This document shows positions 9,120 through 17,259 of a DNA stretch of 32,000 bases, piece by piece (the stretch's first letter is position 1; every line of letters starts with the position of its first letter). The translations under genes were made by a program, and so were the position numbers. The notes below the pieces were generated by a model. It was given only the letters and a program-made list of their open reading frames with translations. It ran no database searches and had not been told where the DNA came from. The stretch spans positions 46,972-78,971 of the forward strand of contig CAMTJT010000006.1 of the NCBI GenBank assembly GCA_947073285.1, in the 5' to 3' direction. The DNA comes from an uncultured Clostridium sp. Its GTDB lineage: Bacteria > Bacillota > Clostridia > TANB77 > CAG-508.

Positions 9120-10061
9120 ATGAATAATGAAATTGAAAATAAACTAGATAGTATAGAATTGAATTTACTAAAACAAATTGCGGATATTGAAAAAACGCCT
9201 ATGGGTGCTTATAATATTCGTGAAAATGGAAAAGGTATTTTACGAAATACTACTAGTAACATTGATATTATAACAAAAACAGACAAGTCTGGAATTGATA
9301 TTGTTATTAAACCAAATACCAAAAATGAAAGTGTACACATCCCTGTTATTTTAACACAAGGTGGTTTTAATGATGTGGTCTATAATGATTTTTATATTGG
9401 AGAAAATGCAGATGTGGTTATTGTAGCTGGTTGTGGTATTCATAATAACAGTTGTCAAACGGCTGAGCATGATGGTATTCACACTTTTCATTTAGAAAAA
9501 AATGCGAAAGTAAAATATATTGAAAAACATTATGGTGAAGGTACTGGTACAGGTAGCAAAATTTTAAATCCTCAAACCATTATCTATTTAGAAGATGGTA
9601 GTACTTTAGAAATGGAAACTGTTCAAATTGAAGGTGTTACTAAAACGATACGTGAAACTAAAGCTGAACTTGGTGCTAACACTAATTTAGTCATTACAGA
9701 AAGAATTATGACTGCAAAAGACCAAGTTGCTAAAACTATTTTTGATGTGAATTTAAATGGTGAAAATTCTAGTGTACATGTAGCCTCTCGCTCTATTGCC
9801 AAAGATACTTCTACGCAAGAATTTATTTCTAATGTAAATGGAAATAATAAATGTTTTGGCCATGTAGAATGTGACGCCATTATTATGGATAAAGCAAAAG
9901 TTATTTCTACTCCTAAAATTGTAGCAAATCATATTGATAGTAGTTTAGTTCATGAAGCTGCAATCGGCAAAATTGCAGGAGAACAATTAGTAAAATTAAT
10001 GACTCTTGGGCTTACTGAAAAAGAAGCTGAAGAGCAAATTATTAATGGATTTTTAAAATAA
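9120..10061 (+). CDS. SufB/SufD-family Fe-S cluster assembly scaffold protein (short form)
   Basis: 313 aa. The C-terminal ...SLVHEAAIGKIAGEQLVKLMTLGLTEKEAEEQIINGFL matches the SufB/SufD (UPF0051) C-terminal signature. Lies directly downstream of the SufC-like ATPase. Confidence 0.8.
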   Translation: MNNEIENKLDSIELNLLKQIADIEKTPMGAYNIRENGKGILRNTTSNIDIITKTDKSGIDIVIKPNTKNESVHIPVILTQGGFNDVVYNDFYIGENADVVIVAGCGIHNNSCQTAEHDGIHTFHLEKNAKVKYIEKHYGEGTGTGSKILNPQTIIYLEDGSTLEMETVQIEGVTKTIRETKAELGANTNLVITERIMTAKDQVAKTIFDVNLNGENSSVHVASRSIAKDTSTQEFISNVNGNNKCFGHVECDAIIMDKAKVISTPKIVANHIDSSLVHEAAIGKIAGEQLVKLMTLGLTEKEAEEQIINGFLK

Positions 10062-10136
10062 TTTATTTTCAATTTTATTTTTCTTCTATTATACTTAAAC
10101 TTGAACCTAAACTTACTTTTTAAAATAGAAACCTTT

Positions 10137-10177
10137 TTCCTCCTTTATGCATAAAATAAAAATGTATAAAGGAGGAA
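10137..10177 (+). promoter_or_regulatory. 16-bp hairpin whose 3' arm contains the dapA Shine-Dalgarno
   Basis: TTCCTCCTTTATGCAT, loop AAAATAAAA, ATGTATAAAGGAGGAA (15 of 16 positions complementary). The AAGGAGG SD lies in the 3' arm, 6 nt before the TTG start at 10184. Confidence 0.6.
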
Positions 10178-10183
10178 GTCATT

Positions 10184-11065
10184 TTGAAAAAAAATCTATT
10201 TATTGGTTCATGCACTGCCCTAATTACCCCTTTTACAGAAGATGGAATTTATTTTGAAGAACTTGCAAAATTAATTGAATTTCAAATTAGCGAAGGTACA
10301 GATGCTCTTATTATTTGTGGTACTACTGGCGAAAGCTCTACCATGACTTTAGAAGAGAAAAAACAAGTAATACAATATACAGTTCAAGTAGTTCATAAAA
10401 GAATTCCTGTTATCGCAGGAACTGGCAGTAATAACACTAAAGCTACTATTGAACTTTCTCAATATGCCCAAAGTGTTGGAGTAGATGGTATTTTACTTGT
10501 AACACCTTATTATAATAAAACTACACAAGCAGGTTTAGTTGCTCATTATAGTGAAATTGCAAAAAACGTTCAACTCCCTATTGTTTTATATAATGTTCCT
10601 AGTAGAACTGGTGTTAACATTTTACCTGAAACTTGTTTAGAGCTTTCTAAAATCTCTAATATTGTTGGTATTAAAGAAGCAAGTGGAGATATTTCACAAG
10701 TAGCTAAAATTGCTAATTTGTGCAATGATAATTTATGGATTTATTCTGGAAATGATGATCAAACCCTCCCTATTTTATCTTTAGGTGGCATTGGCGTTAT
10801 TTCTGTTCTTTCTAATATTGCTCCAAAGTTCGTACATAATATGGTATTTGACTATTTAAGTGGTAATCATACTTTAGCAAAAGACTCACAAATTAAAGCT
10901 ATTCCTTTAATTGATTGTTTATTTAGTGAAGTAAACCCTATTCCTGTTAAAACAGCTTTAAATTTGATGGGCTATGAGGTAGGAAATCCTCGTCTTCCTC
11001 TAATTCCAATGTCTTATGCTAAAAAAGAATTACTCCTTCAAGAAATGAAAAAGTTTAAACTTTGA
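10184..11065 (+). CDS. dapA: 4-hydroxy-tetrahydrodipicolinate synthase
   Basis: 293 aa: [14 protein letters not shown]...[15 protein letters not shown]...[10 protein letters not shown]...GIKEASGD, canonical DapA motifs. TTG start. Confidence 0.93.
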   Translation: MKKNLFIGSCTALITPFTEDGIYFEELAKLIEFQISEGTDALIICGTTGESSTMTLEEKKQVIQYTVQVVHKRIPVIAGTGSNNTKATIELSQYAQSVGVDGILLVTPYYNKTTQAGLVAHYSEIAKNVQLPIVLYNVPSRTGVNILPETCLELSKISNIVGIKEASGDISQVAKIANLCNDNLWIYSGNDDQTLPILSLGGIGVISVLSNIAPKFVHNMVFDYLSGNHTLAKDSQIKAIPLIDCLFSEVNPIPVKTALNLMGYEVGNPRLPLIPMSYAKKELLLQEMKKFKL

Positions 11066-11220
11066 ACTAGATAATGATTTTGTTGGTTCAAGTATATATT
11101 TGTTAAACGATTAATTAATAGCAAAATTTCTTAATTTTTTCTTGAGATAGTTTTTTATTTGCTATTTATGTGATATAATGAAATTAGATTTTAAAATTAT
11201 TTTAAAGGGGATTTTGTTTT

Positions 11221-11781
11221 ATGCTAAATCTTATTACAAAAGAAACCTCACTTGCCAAAAGCTCTTATGCTGAATTTTTTTGCATTATTCAAGATTTAAT
11301 TAAAAATGCAACTGTGCAAGAAATGAGGAATTTTAATCAACATGCTGATACTTCTTGTTATAGACATTGTATGCAAGTAGCTTTTTATACCTATATTATT
11401 TGTAAAAAGCTACATTTAGATTATATATCTGCCACTCGTGGTGCTATGCTTCATGACTTATTTTTATATGACTGGCATAATCATGAAAGAACTGAAAAAA
11501 CTTTTCGTAGCCTACATGCTTTTGCACATCCTAAAATTGCTTTGCAAAATGCTACTAAAATTTTTGATTTAAATGAAATTGAACAAGATGTTATTTTAAA
11601 CCATATGTGGCCAGTCACTATTAGATTTCCACATTTTAAAGAAACGGTTGTGGTTACTTTTGCTGATAAATATAGTGCTACTAGAGAAACCTTTTTCCAT
11701 TTAAGAGATTTGTTACATACCAAAAAAGTATACAAATATGCTTATGTATTTTTAAGTTTAATTATTTTTAGAATTATTTAA
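11221..11781 (+). CDS. HD-domain phosphohydrolase-like protein
   Basis: 186 aa with H...HD motifs (YRHCMQVAF...GAMLHDLFLYDWH...LNHMWP). Hydrophobic C-terminus. Specific function unknown. Confidence 0.65.
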   Translation: MLNLITKETSLAKSSYAEFFCIIQDLIKNATVQEMRNFNQHADTSCYRHCMQVAFYTYIICKKLHLDYISATRGAMLHDLFLYDWHNHERTEKTFRSLHAFAHPKIALQNATKIFDLNEIEQDVILNHMWPVTIRFPHFKETVVVTFADKYSATRETFFHLRDLLHTKKVYKYAYVFLSLIIFRII

Positions 11782-11809
11782 TTGTGTCTTCATGTGAATA
11801 AATAAATTT

Positions 11810-11850
11810 TCTCCTCATATATATTTATAAATATATATGAGGAGATTTTT
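11810..11850 (+). terminator. perfect 15-bp hairpin plus T5: terminator after the HD gene that also sequesters the dapB SD
   Basis: TCTCCTCATATATAT, loop ttataa, ATATATATGAGGAGA (11810-11845), then TTTTT and the ATG at 11851. The GAGGAG SD of dapB is inside the 3' arm. Confidence 0.65.
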
Positions 11851-12597
11851 ATGATTAATTTATTGGTAAATGGTTGTTTAGGTAAAATGGGTACAGAGGT
11901 GATAAATTTAATAAAAACAAATCCTAATTTGCATTTATTAGGTGGTTTAGATAGACAAATATCACATAATCTTTTTTACCATGTTTATACAGATGTTAAT
12001 GACATTTTAGAAAAACCTGATGTTATTATTGATTTTTCTACTCCAAAAGCTAGTGTTACCCTTCTCCCTTACTGCCTAAAAAATAGTATTCCTATTGTAA
12101 TTGCTACTACTGGTTTTACTAAGGAACAACAAAATGAAATAAATACTGCAAGTCTTCAAATTCCTATTTTTCAGTCTAGTAATATGTCTTATCAAGTTGC
12201 TTTAATGGCAAAACTAGTTTCTGAGCTATCTACTAAACTAGAAACCCCAGAAATTGAGATTGTTGAAACACATCATTCGAAAAAACTAGATGCTCCAAGT
12301 GGTACTGCTTTATTATTAGCAAACAGTATCAATAAATCAAATGCTAATTGCTATAATTATGTGTTTAATAGGCATTCTAAAACTCAAAAGAGAGATTCTA
12401 AAGAAATTGGATTTTCTAGTATTCGTGGTGGTAATATTGTTGGAGAACATCAAGTATTATTTTTTAGTGAGCATGAAACAATAAAAGTAGAGCATACCGC
12501 TTACTCTAGAACTATTTTTGCAAAAGGTGCTGTTAAAGCTGCTTTATTTTTAATAAAGCAAAAAGCTGGATTATATACTATGGAAAATTTATTATAA
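11851..12597 (+). CDS. dapB: 4-hydroxy-tetrahydrodipicolinate reductase
   Basis: 248 aa: VNGCLGKMG...DFSTP...VIATTGF...IVETHHSKKLDAPSGTA...SIRGGNIVGEHQVLF, canonical DapB motifs. Confidence 0.92.
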   Translation: MINLLVNGCLGKMGTEVINLIKTNPNLHLLGGLDRQISHNLFYHVYTDVNDILEKPDVIIDFSTPKASVTLLPYCLKNSIPIVIATTGFTKEQQNEINTASLQIPIFQSSNMSYQVALMAKLVSELSTKLETPEIEIVETHHSKKLDAPSGTALLLANSINKSNANCYNYVFNRHSKTQKRDSKEIGFSSIRGGNIVGEHQVLFFSEHETIKVEHTAYSRTIFAKGAVKAALFLIKQKAGLYTMENLL

Positions 12598-12679
12598 TTA
12601 CTTTTAAAATTTAACTTAACTATCTTTAAAATTTTGACTTAAATAAATTCTTAACACCATATAAAGTTTAAACTAAAAA

Positions 12680-12718
12680 AGTTCTTAAAATATTAACCTT
12701 TTTAACATTTTAAGAACT
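12680..12718. terminator. bidirectional hairpin terminator between the convergent dapB and 1145-aa genes
   Basis: AGTTCTTAAAAT, 15-nt loop, ATTTTAAGAACT: a perfect 12-bp stem flanked by an A-run on the 5' side and a T-run on the 3' side. Confidence 0.6.
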
Positions 12719-12742
12719 TTTCTTGATTCTCATTTGCAATTT

Positions 12743-15700
12743 TTATCTTTGTACATCTGTTGATATTTGCAAATGGCGTGTTATTTCTGCAATAAATTCT
12801 TGTGCCTCTTGCCTTTTTTTACTATTTACAAAATTCCTTGCAAATCTCTCTATTTCTTCTTTCGCTATCATAAAATTATTATCCCAAAGTTCAGCATCCT
12901 CTTCTATAAATCCACCATCTTCTCCCCAGCCTCCTTGTTCTTCTTCCCAATCATTTTCCCAATCTTCCTCTTCCCATTGTTCTTCTAGGCCATCTCTTCC
13001 TTCTGGTAGTTCTAGGTTTGATAAATCTATATTAATTAATCTTTTCAATTCTTCTGGGTCTGTATAAAGTGCAACTGTTTTTTCATTACTACTTACTTTA
13101 GCAGTATTTTGTGCCTCTGGATCTTGATATAAAATAAATTGTGTTCTAGAATCAGCAATATATTCTACATCTTCTTCTGGTGCTCTATTTTCATCATCTA
13201 GTTTTAATCCTTTTAAACTAATATCTGAATAACCACTCCCTACTGTTACTTTTGTAAGCCTTTGACTACTTACAGTTTGCTCTATTCTAGCTTTTTGAAC
13301 TTCAAATTCCTGATCTGAAATTTCTCCATTTTCTTTTTGTTTCATAAGTTCTGAAAGTTTTGTTTTACTCCAATTTTCAAATTGCTCTTTGTCTACTTCT
13401 ATAAATTCTTGTGCTGCTCTTTGAATGGTATTTAATATTTCATTACTAACTAGTCTTTTATGATGATGATCTCTTTGAACTGTTTCTACATTATCCAAAC
13501 ATAAAACATTTTTATTTCTCCAAATCCAACTTTGTGATACTACTTTTCCATTTGTATCTCTTACAACTAATACCCTGCCATTTTGAGACATAATACTATG
13601 TAACATACAGCTTTCTCCAGCATTGTTCATAGCTTGACAACAATTTGTTAACTCTCCTACAAATATGGCAGCTGGGTCATCTAGCCTTAAGACTTGATAA
13701 GTATAGTTTTCTAAAGAAACATCTTCCCCAATCGCTGGAATGCTACTTTGAGTTCTTTTTAATTGCTCTTGATGCAACCTTACTGCTTGGTTAAACATAC
13801 TTTGGTCATAATTACAATTAACACTTAATTTAGCTATTTCTATATCTTGTGGTTGCACATTACTATATGTAATATTTGATAAATAAGCTGTACACATATC
13901 AAAAGTAATTTCTTGCCCTATAAATTCCTCTTGTATTTTTTCCCATTGATTTTGAATTTTAGCAAGCATCTTTTGTATGTCTTGCCTTTGTAATATAGTT
14001 TCTAAATTTTTAACAAAAAAATTATAAAAACCTGGTTTATAATGCATATCCATTCCATCAAATATAGCATGCATTTTATTTTTTGTCATAATATTAGAAA
14101 CACCTAACTCTCCATATAAATATCTTATCTCATCTGTCAAATCTTCTCTTGTTTTAGCATCTAGTGTTTGTAAATTTCTTGTTAATTGATATTGGCATTG
14201 TAAATCATATGCCTTTTTATAACCTTTTCTATATATATACTGTATAATTGCGCTTTCTCCTACTGCTATTTCTTCTGTTGCTATTTCTTGCTCATTATCT
14301 TCTACTTCTTTAAGAACTTCCTTCATCTGGTTAGGAGACATACTCTCTGGTAGATTCCACTCTAATAACTGTTTTCTTGCTACTTCTCTATCTCCTCCAA
14401 ACATTTTTAAGAATATAGGATCATTGTATAAACTATATAAACTCAATTCATATCGTAAACTCTCTGGTATCTTTTGTTCTGAAACTAATTCAAAATTTTC
14501 TTGCAATATGTCTTCCATAGCAAATCCACGACTATCTTGTATACTCTCTTCTATCTTTCTTGAACTTGCACTGATTTGTGTTGGAATATAAATAGCAAAT
14601 TTTTGAAGTAGGCTATACCTTCTTTTAGCATCTTCATCTGTTTCAAAAACTCCCATAACATGAATTGCCTCAATTAGTGCATTTTTTGCATCATCATCTT
14701 GACTATATATATTATGTTTTACTAATTCTGCCCATTTTTTCTTATCAAACTTTTCTATTTGGTCTTCTGGATATTTTAGCATCACTCTAAGTGGTGGTAT
14801 AAATCTTGCTACCTCCTGGAATTTTTTAGCTTTTTGAAACACTACTTCTATTTCGCTTAATGACACTGTTGATTGTTCATTATCATTTCTTTGTGCTACT
14901 GATTTATATCTATTATATAGACTTGTTACAATTCTTCCTAAAACTGGACCTTTTTTACTACTTTTAAAAGAACTAACTAATTCTCTTATTGCATCATTAT
15001 TTAATAAGTCTTCTGCAAATTTTGCCATAGAATATTCTACTTGATGAGCAGGTTCTTCAGTATAACCAAAAATCCTATCCATAGGGTCTTCTGGTCCTTG
15101 CAGTGTTAGTATTTTTTCTGGCTCTTGAATATCTTCTATTTCTAGTAATTTTAAAAGTAATATACCATGTTCATCTAGCCTTTTAATTAATAGGTCATCT
15201 TCTGAAAATTTTAAAAGTTCTTGTGCAGAATACTTTTCTACAAATTCGTTTCTTAGAAAATACCACCTAAAAGGAATACTATTAGGCATTTTATCCTTCC
15301 AATTATTCCAGTTTTCTACCATAGAACTATCTTTTAATAGACCTGCTCTATTTGCTTCTACTAATTGGTCATATACTTGCTCATCACTTTCTTCATGCAT
15401 CATTTTTAAAACCTCTTGTGGAAATTTAGCAGTTATTTCAAGATATTCTTCATATAATTTATCGATTTCTTCTCTCGTTACCTTTTCTCTTGTTTTTCCT
15501 GATGTCCAACGATAGCTATTTCCAAAAATTCTTTCTTGAAAATTTCTTGAAAATAACACTGCTAGTTTTTCTGGGCTATCTTTAAATAATGCCTCAAATT
15601 CTTCTATTGAAATTTTTTCATCATTTTCTTGTATAACACTTTGTATTTTATTACTTAATCTAAAAATTGTTTCTGCATCAAATAAACTCATAGCTGTATC

Positions 15701-16180
15701 ACTTAATAATAAACAACTAGTAGGCTCAAATGTAAAACATTCTGCTTCAAGTAACAATTTTTCTATTTTTTTATAGTTTTCCATCATTCCATTTACTTTT
15801 ACATGTTGTAAAACTTTTATATGTTCTGATGGTCTATAGTAACCTAAAAGTCCCCACTCTCTATTTTGTGAAAAATAATTATAATCTTCTAAAATGCCAT
15901 CTTTATTTTGAATAAAATCTCGCATTTCTTGTGAAAAAATACTAGTATCTTCTTGTGCTATTCTTTTTTCTATTTCTTCAAAACTAAGCTCTTTTGATGT
16001 TTCTTGAACTCCGTCAAGTATGTTTAGTACTTCCCAATCTAGCGTACTAGCTAAAGTAAATAAAATGTCTACCCCATATTTCTCTAGATTTTCTTTTGTT
16101 AAAATAGTATTTTCATAATGTTTCATTGTAAAATCAGGATATTTTTGTTTTATAATTGCATATATTTCATCTTTTTCCAT
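12743..16180 (-). CDS. 1145-aa acidic cytoplasmic protein of unknown function
   Basis: Uninterrupted 3.4-kb ORF with GGAAGG SD, 15 nt downstream of the 152-aa ORF. No signal peptide, TM segment, Walker A or nuclease motif recognised. Cys/His cluster ELTNCCQAMNNAGESCMLH at about aa 843-861. Trp/acidic tail EEQWEEEDWENDWEEEQGGWGEDGG at about aa 1066-1100. Confidence 0.85.
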   Translation of the reverse strand: MEKDEIYAIIKQKYPDFTMKHYENTILTKENLEKYGVDILFTLASTLDWEVLNILDGVQETSKELSFEEIEKRIAQEDTSIFSQEMRDFIQNKDGILEDYNYFSQNREWGLLGYYRPSEHIKVLQHVKVNGMMENYKKIEKLLLEAECFTFEPTSCLLLSDTAMSLFDAETIFRLSNKIQSVIQENDEKISIEEFEALFKDSPEKLAVLFSRNFQERIFGNSYRWTSGKTREKVTREEIDKLYEEYLEITAKFPQEVLKMMHEESDEQVYDQLVEANRAGLLKDSSMVENWNNWKDKMPNSIPFRWYFLRNEFVEKYSAQELLKFSEDDLLIKRLDEHGILLLKLLEIEDIQEPEKILTLQGPEDPMDRIFGYTEEPAHQVEYSMAKFAEDLLNNDAIRELVSSFKSSKKGPVLGRIVTSLYNRYKSVAQRNDNEQSTVSLSEIEVVFQKAKKFQEVARFIPPLRVMLKYPEDQIEKFDKKKWAELVKHNIYSQDDDAKNALIEAIHVMGVFETDEDAKRRYSLLQKFAIYIPTQISASSRKIEESIQDSRGFAMEDILQENFELVSEQKIPESLRYELSLYSLYNDPIFLKMFGGDREVARKQLLEWNLPESMSPNQMKEVLKEVEDNEQEIATEEIAVGESAIIQYIYRKGYKKAYDLQCQYQLTRNLQTLDAKTREDLTDEIRYLYGELGVSNIMTKNKMHAIFDGMDMHYKPGFYNFFVKNLETILQRQDIQKMLAKIQNQWEKIQEEFIGQEITFDMCTAYLSNITYSNVQPQDIEIAKLSVNCNYDQSMFNQAVRLHQEQLKRTQSSIPAIGEDVSLENYTYQVLRLDDPAAIFVGELTNCCQAMNNAGESCMLHSIMSQNGRVLVVRDTNGKVVSQSWIWRNKNVLCLDNVETVQRDHHHKRLVSNEILNTIQRAAQEFIEVDKEQFENWSKTKLSELMKQKENGEISDQEFEVQKARIEQTVSSQRLTKVTVGSGYSDISLKGLKLDDENRAPEEDVEYIADSRTQFILYQDPEAQNTAKVSSNEKTVALYTDPEELKRLINIDLSNLELPEGRDGLEEQWEEEDWENDWEEEQGGWGEDGGFIEEDAELWDNNFMIAKEEIERFARNFVNSKKRQEAQEFIAEITRHLQISTDVQR

Positions 16181-16195
16181 CTTCTGTACCTTCCT

Positions 16196-16654
16196 TTATT
16201 TTTTTAAAAACCAAGATTTTAGCTTATCTAATATTTTTCTAAAAATATTTTTTTCTTTTACAATAGCAAGTTGCTTTGTTTGGGTTTGTACTTTATTAGC
16301 ATTTTTTTCTTGCATGTTTTTAGGAAACATCTCTTTTACTTCAATATTTCCTTGCTTATTTTGTTCTTGTTTATAAAAATTATCATATTCTTTCCACTTT
16401 TTCTTTTCTTCTTCTGAACACAAATAATTACTATAAATAGCAGAAAGTAACCCTTGTGTTTCTGGCATAATTTTCTGTTCTTCTAGTGAAACTGTTTTAT
16501 CATAAGTAAAATGATATTCTTTATCCATATTTTTTATAAATTCTTGTTTTATTTCTTGTGGAATTTTATTTTGCAATTCTAAACTCATATGTTTAATAAT
16601 TTCATTTAATTCTACTAATGCTTTACAATACATAAGTTTTTTCTCTTGTATCAT
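16196..16654 (-). CDS. 152-aa hypothetical protein, first gene of the two-gene operon
   Basis: ORF with AAGGAAAGGAGAAAGG SD. Lys/Glu/Gln-rich, probably helical, with no recognisable motif. Tightly coupled to the 1145-aa ORF. Confidence 0.75.
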   Translation of the reverse strand: MIQEKKLMYCKALVELNEIIKHMSLELQNKIPQEIKQEFIKNMDKEYHFTYDKTVSLEEQKIMPETQGLLSAIYSNYLCSEEEKKKWKEYDNFYKQEQNKQGNIEVKEMFPKNMQEKNANKVQTQTKQLAIVKEKNIFRKILDKLKSWFLKK

Positions 16655-16684
16655 TTGCCTTTCTCCTTTCCTTAATCTATCTTT

Positions 16685-16713
16685 AGTATAGCATAAACAT
16701 TTTTTATTTTCTA
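16685..16713 (-). promoter_or_regulatory. candidate promoter of the 152-aa/1145-aa operon
   Basis: Minus strand reads TAGAAA, 17-nt spacer, TGcTATACT (extended -10), about 30 nt upstream of the ATG at 16654. Confidence 0.35.
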
Positions 16714-16843
16714 CTATTTTTTGGTAATATTATTTGTATACTCTCAATCATTTTTATGAAATCTTCCTATTAGCATTTATTTTCTTGTTTTTGAATAAAG
16801 TTAAATTCCTTTTGATTTTTCTGTTAAATATGTAGATTTAAAA

Positions 16844-16882
16844 CTAAAAAAAGGAGAGGTGCACTTGCGCCCTCTCCTTGCT
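16844..16882 (-). terminator. rho-independent terminator after the GC-rich ORF
   Basis: Minus strand reads AAGGAGAGGGCGC, loop AAGT, GCACCTCTCCTT, followed by T7. Confidence 0.7.
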
Positions 16883-16924
16883 TAGGTTATTTTTTGCTAT
16901 TTTCCTGTTGCTTGGCTTTTCGGC

Positions 16925-17197
16925 TTATCTTTCCTCCTCGTCTTCTTTGATGTTCGGTCTTCCCGTTGTTTTGACCTCCTGAATCATGTAGATTGTGTCC
17001 GAAGACTTGGTGACCATGATGCCACCCCAGGCCTTTGCCGATGCAGCAGGTCCTGTGTCATCAATTCTGGCGCAGCCCTGCATCGAAAAGATACCAATGT
17101 AGTCTCCCAGCATCTCAGAAATGCATACCGAGGCATCAGGTTCCAGCTGTTCCCGATCCACTTCCACAGGAAAGCTCGCTTTGTTGATGATTGTCAT
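16925..17197 (-). CDS. 90-aa hypothetical protein in a ~50% GC islet
   Basis: ATG at 17197 preceded by GGAGG 9 nt upstream. MTIINKASFPVEVDREQLEPDASVCISEMLGDYIGIFSMQGCARIDDTG... Codon usage (CTG, CAG, GGC, GCC, CGG) is unlike the neighbouring genes. Has its own terminator. The 112-aa version in the track overlaps the upstream gene and lacks an SD. Confidence 0.65.
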   Translation of the reverse strand: MTIINKASFPVEVDREQLEPDASVCISEMLGDYIGIFSMQGCARIDDTGPAASAKAWGGIMVTKSSDTIYMIQEVKTTGRPNIKEDEEER

Positions 17198-17259
17198 TGT
17201 TAATAACCTCCAAAAAAAATTATTGGCATCTTTAATTATATCATACTTTATGTTACCTG

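Noticed and set aside
9623-9880. 85-aa minus-strand ORF inside the SufBD-like gene, and similar shadows at 11481-11735, 20618-20962, 21952-22152, 22405-22692, 23471-23674, 24455-24712, 24836-25189, 25126-25344, 27589-27804, 28831-29136
   Set aside because: They are antisense to well-supported genes, have no SD, and have hydrophobic low-complexity translations typical of AT-rich shadow frames.
12723-13067. Ser/Pro-rich 114-aa and 73-aa plus-strand ORFs
   Set aside because: They are antisense shadows of the acidic (GAA/GAG-rich) C-terminal tail of the 1145-aa gene.
16850-17200. GC-rich islet as a structured RNA gene (RNase P RNA, tmRNA, SRP RNA, 6S)
   Set aside because: GC-rich islands in AT-rich genomes are often RNA genes. 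I found no GGAAAGTCC-type RNase P motif, no tmRNA tag frame or tRNA-like ends, and no SRP domain IV motif. The region has a clean 90-codon frame with an ideal SD and a terminator. This was not excluded formally, since Infernal was not run.
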